Below, one piece after another: positions 63,786 to 64,000 of a stretch of DNA of 64,000 bases. Source of the DNA: Chiloscyllium plagiosum (lineage: Eukaryota); contig NC_057718.1 of NCBI RefSeq assembly GCF_004010195.1, positions 83,372,503-83,436,502 of the forward strand, in the 5' to 3' direction. The translations under genes and the position numbers were made by a program. Position 1 is the stretch's first letter. Every line of letters starts with the position of its first letter. A model generated the notes under the pieces. The model searched no databases, was not told the origin of the DNA, and worked only from the letters and a program-made list of their open reading frames with translations.

Positions 63786-64000
63786 ATTAAAGTAGTAACT
63801 CTTGAGTCAGTGTTGCAGATTGACACATCCCATGGTCCAGTATTATGTGCTGAGGGATGTACTAAAGTTCCAAGCAAATGCCCAAGTGGTGAAGTGTCAC
63901 TAACTAAGATCTTTCAGCCATAGTACACTGAGCAGATGTAAGTTATAGAACACCAGCCACCATTGTATTAAGCAAAATATTTCTTTTATTTTAACAAATG

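Noticed and set aside
47054..64000. Upstream MAP4K3 exon (APE...DLHPM)
   Set aside because: Not found by eye; presumably lies beyond the right end of the window

Overview
Eukaryotic, AT-rich vertebrate DNA. The repeat content (HE1-type SINEs with matching CR1 tails, a Deu-domain SINE, Tx1 and Penelope-like elements) points to a cartilaginous fish, probably a shark; this is inference. The window lies inside one minus-strand gene, MAP4K3 (GLK, a Ste20/GCK-I kinase). Six exons splice in frame from the end of the kinase domain into the linker (47053-46991, 46905-46824, 46738-46628, 16473-16395, 4978-4920, 4297-4235), and one intron has a GC donor. A seventh, 75-nt frame-preserving candidate cassette exon (24989-24915) is absent from the human protein as I recall it. 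Almost everything else is intronic transposon debris: more than 15 CR1 pieces, Tx1/L1-clade copies, L2, HE1 and other tRNA-derived SINEs, two solo-LTR-like elements, a Tc2/pogo-like MITE and many Penelope-like (PLE) pieces. About a dozen PLE pieces carry minimal hammerhead-ribozyme cores, including ~100-bp inserts with target-site duplications (TSDs) and a 170-bp near-perfect hairpin. Other notable structures are two nested-insertion hotspots, a 45-bp perfect direct repeat around a small hairpin, and an intron-retaining tRNA-Leu relic. There is no prokaryotic-type system or CRISPR array. Nearly all long ORFs in the track are transposon remnants or antisense shadows. All family assignments come from motif recall, not database searches.
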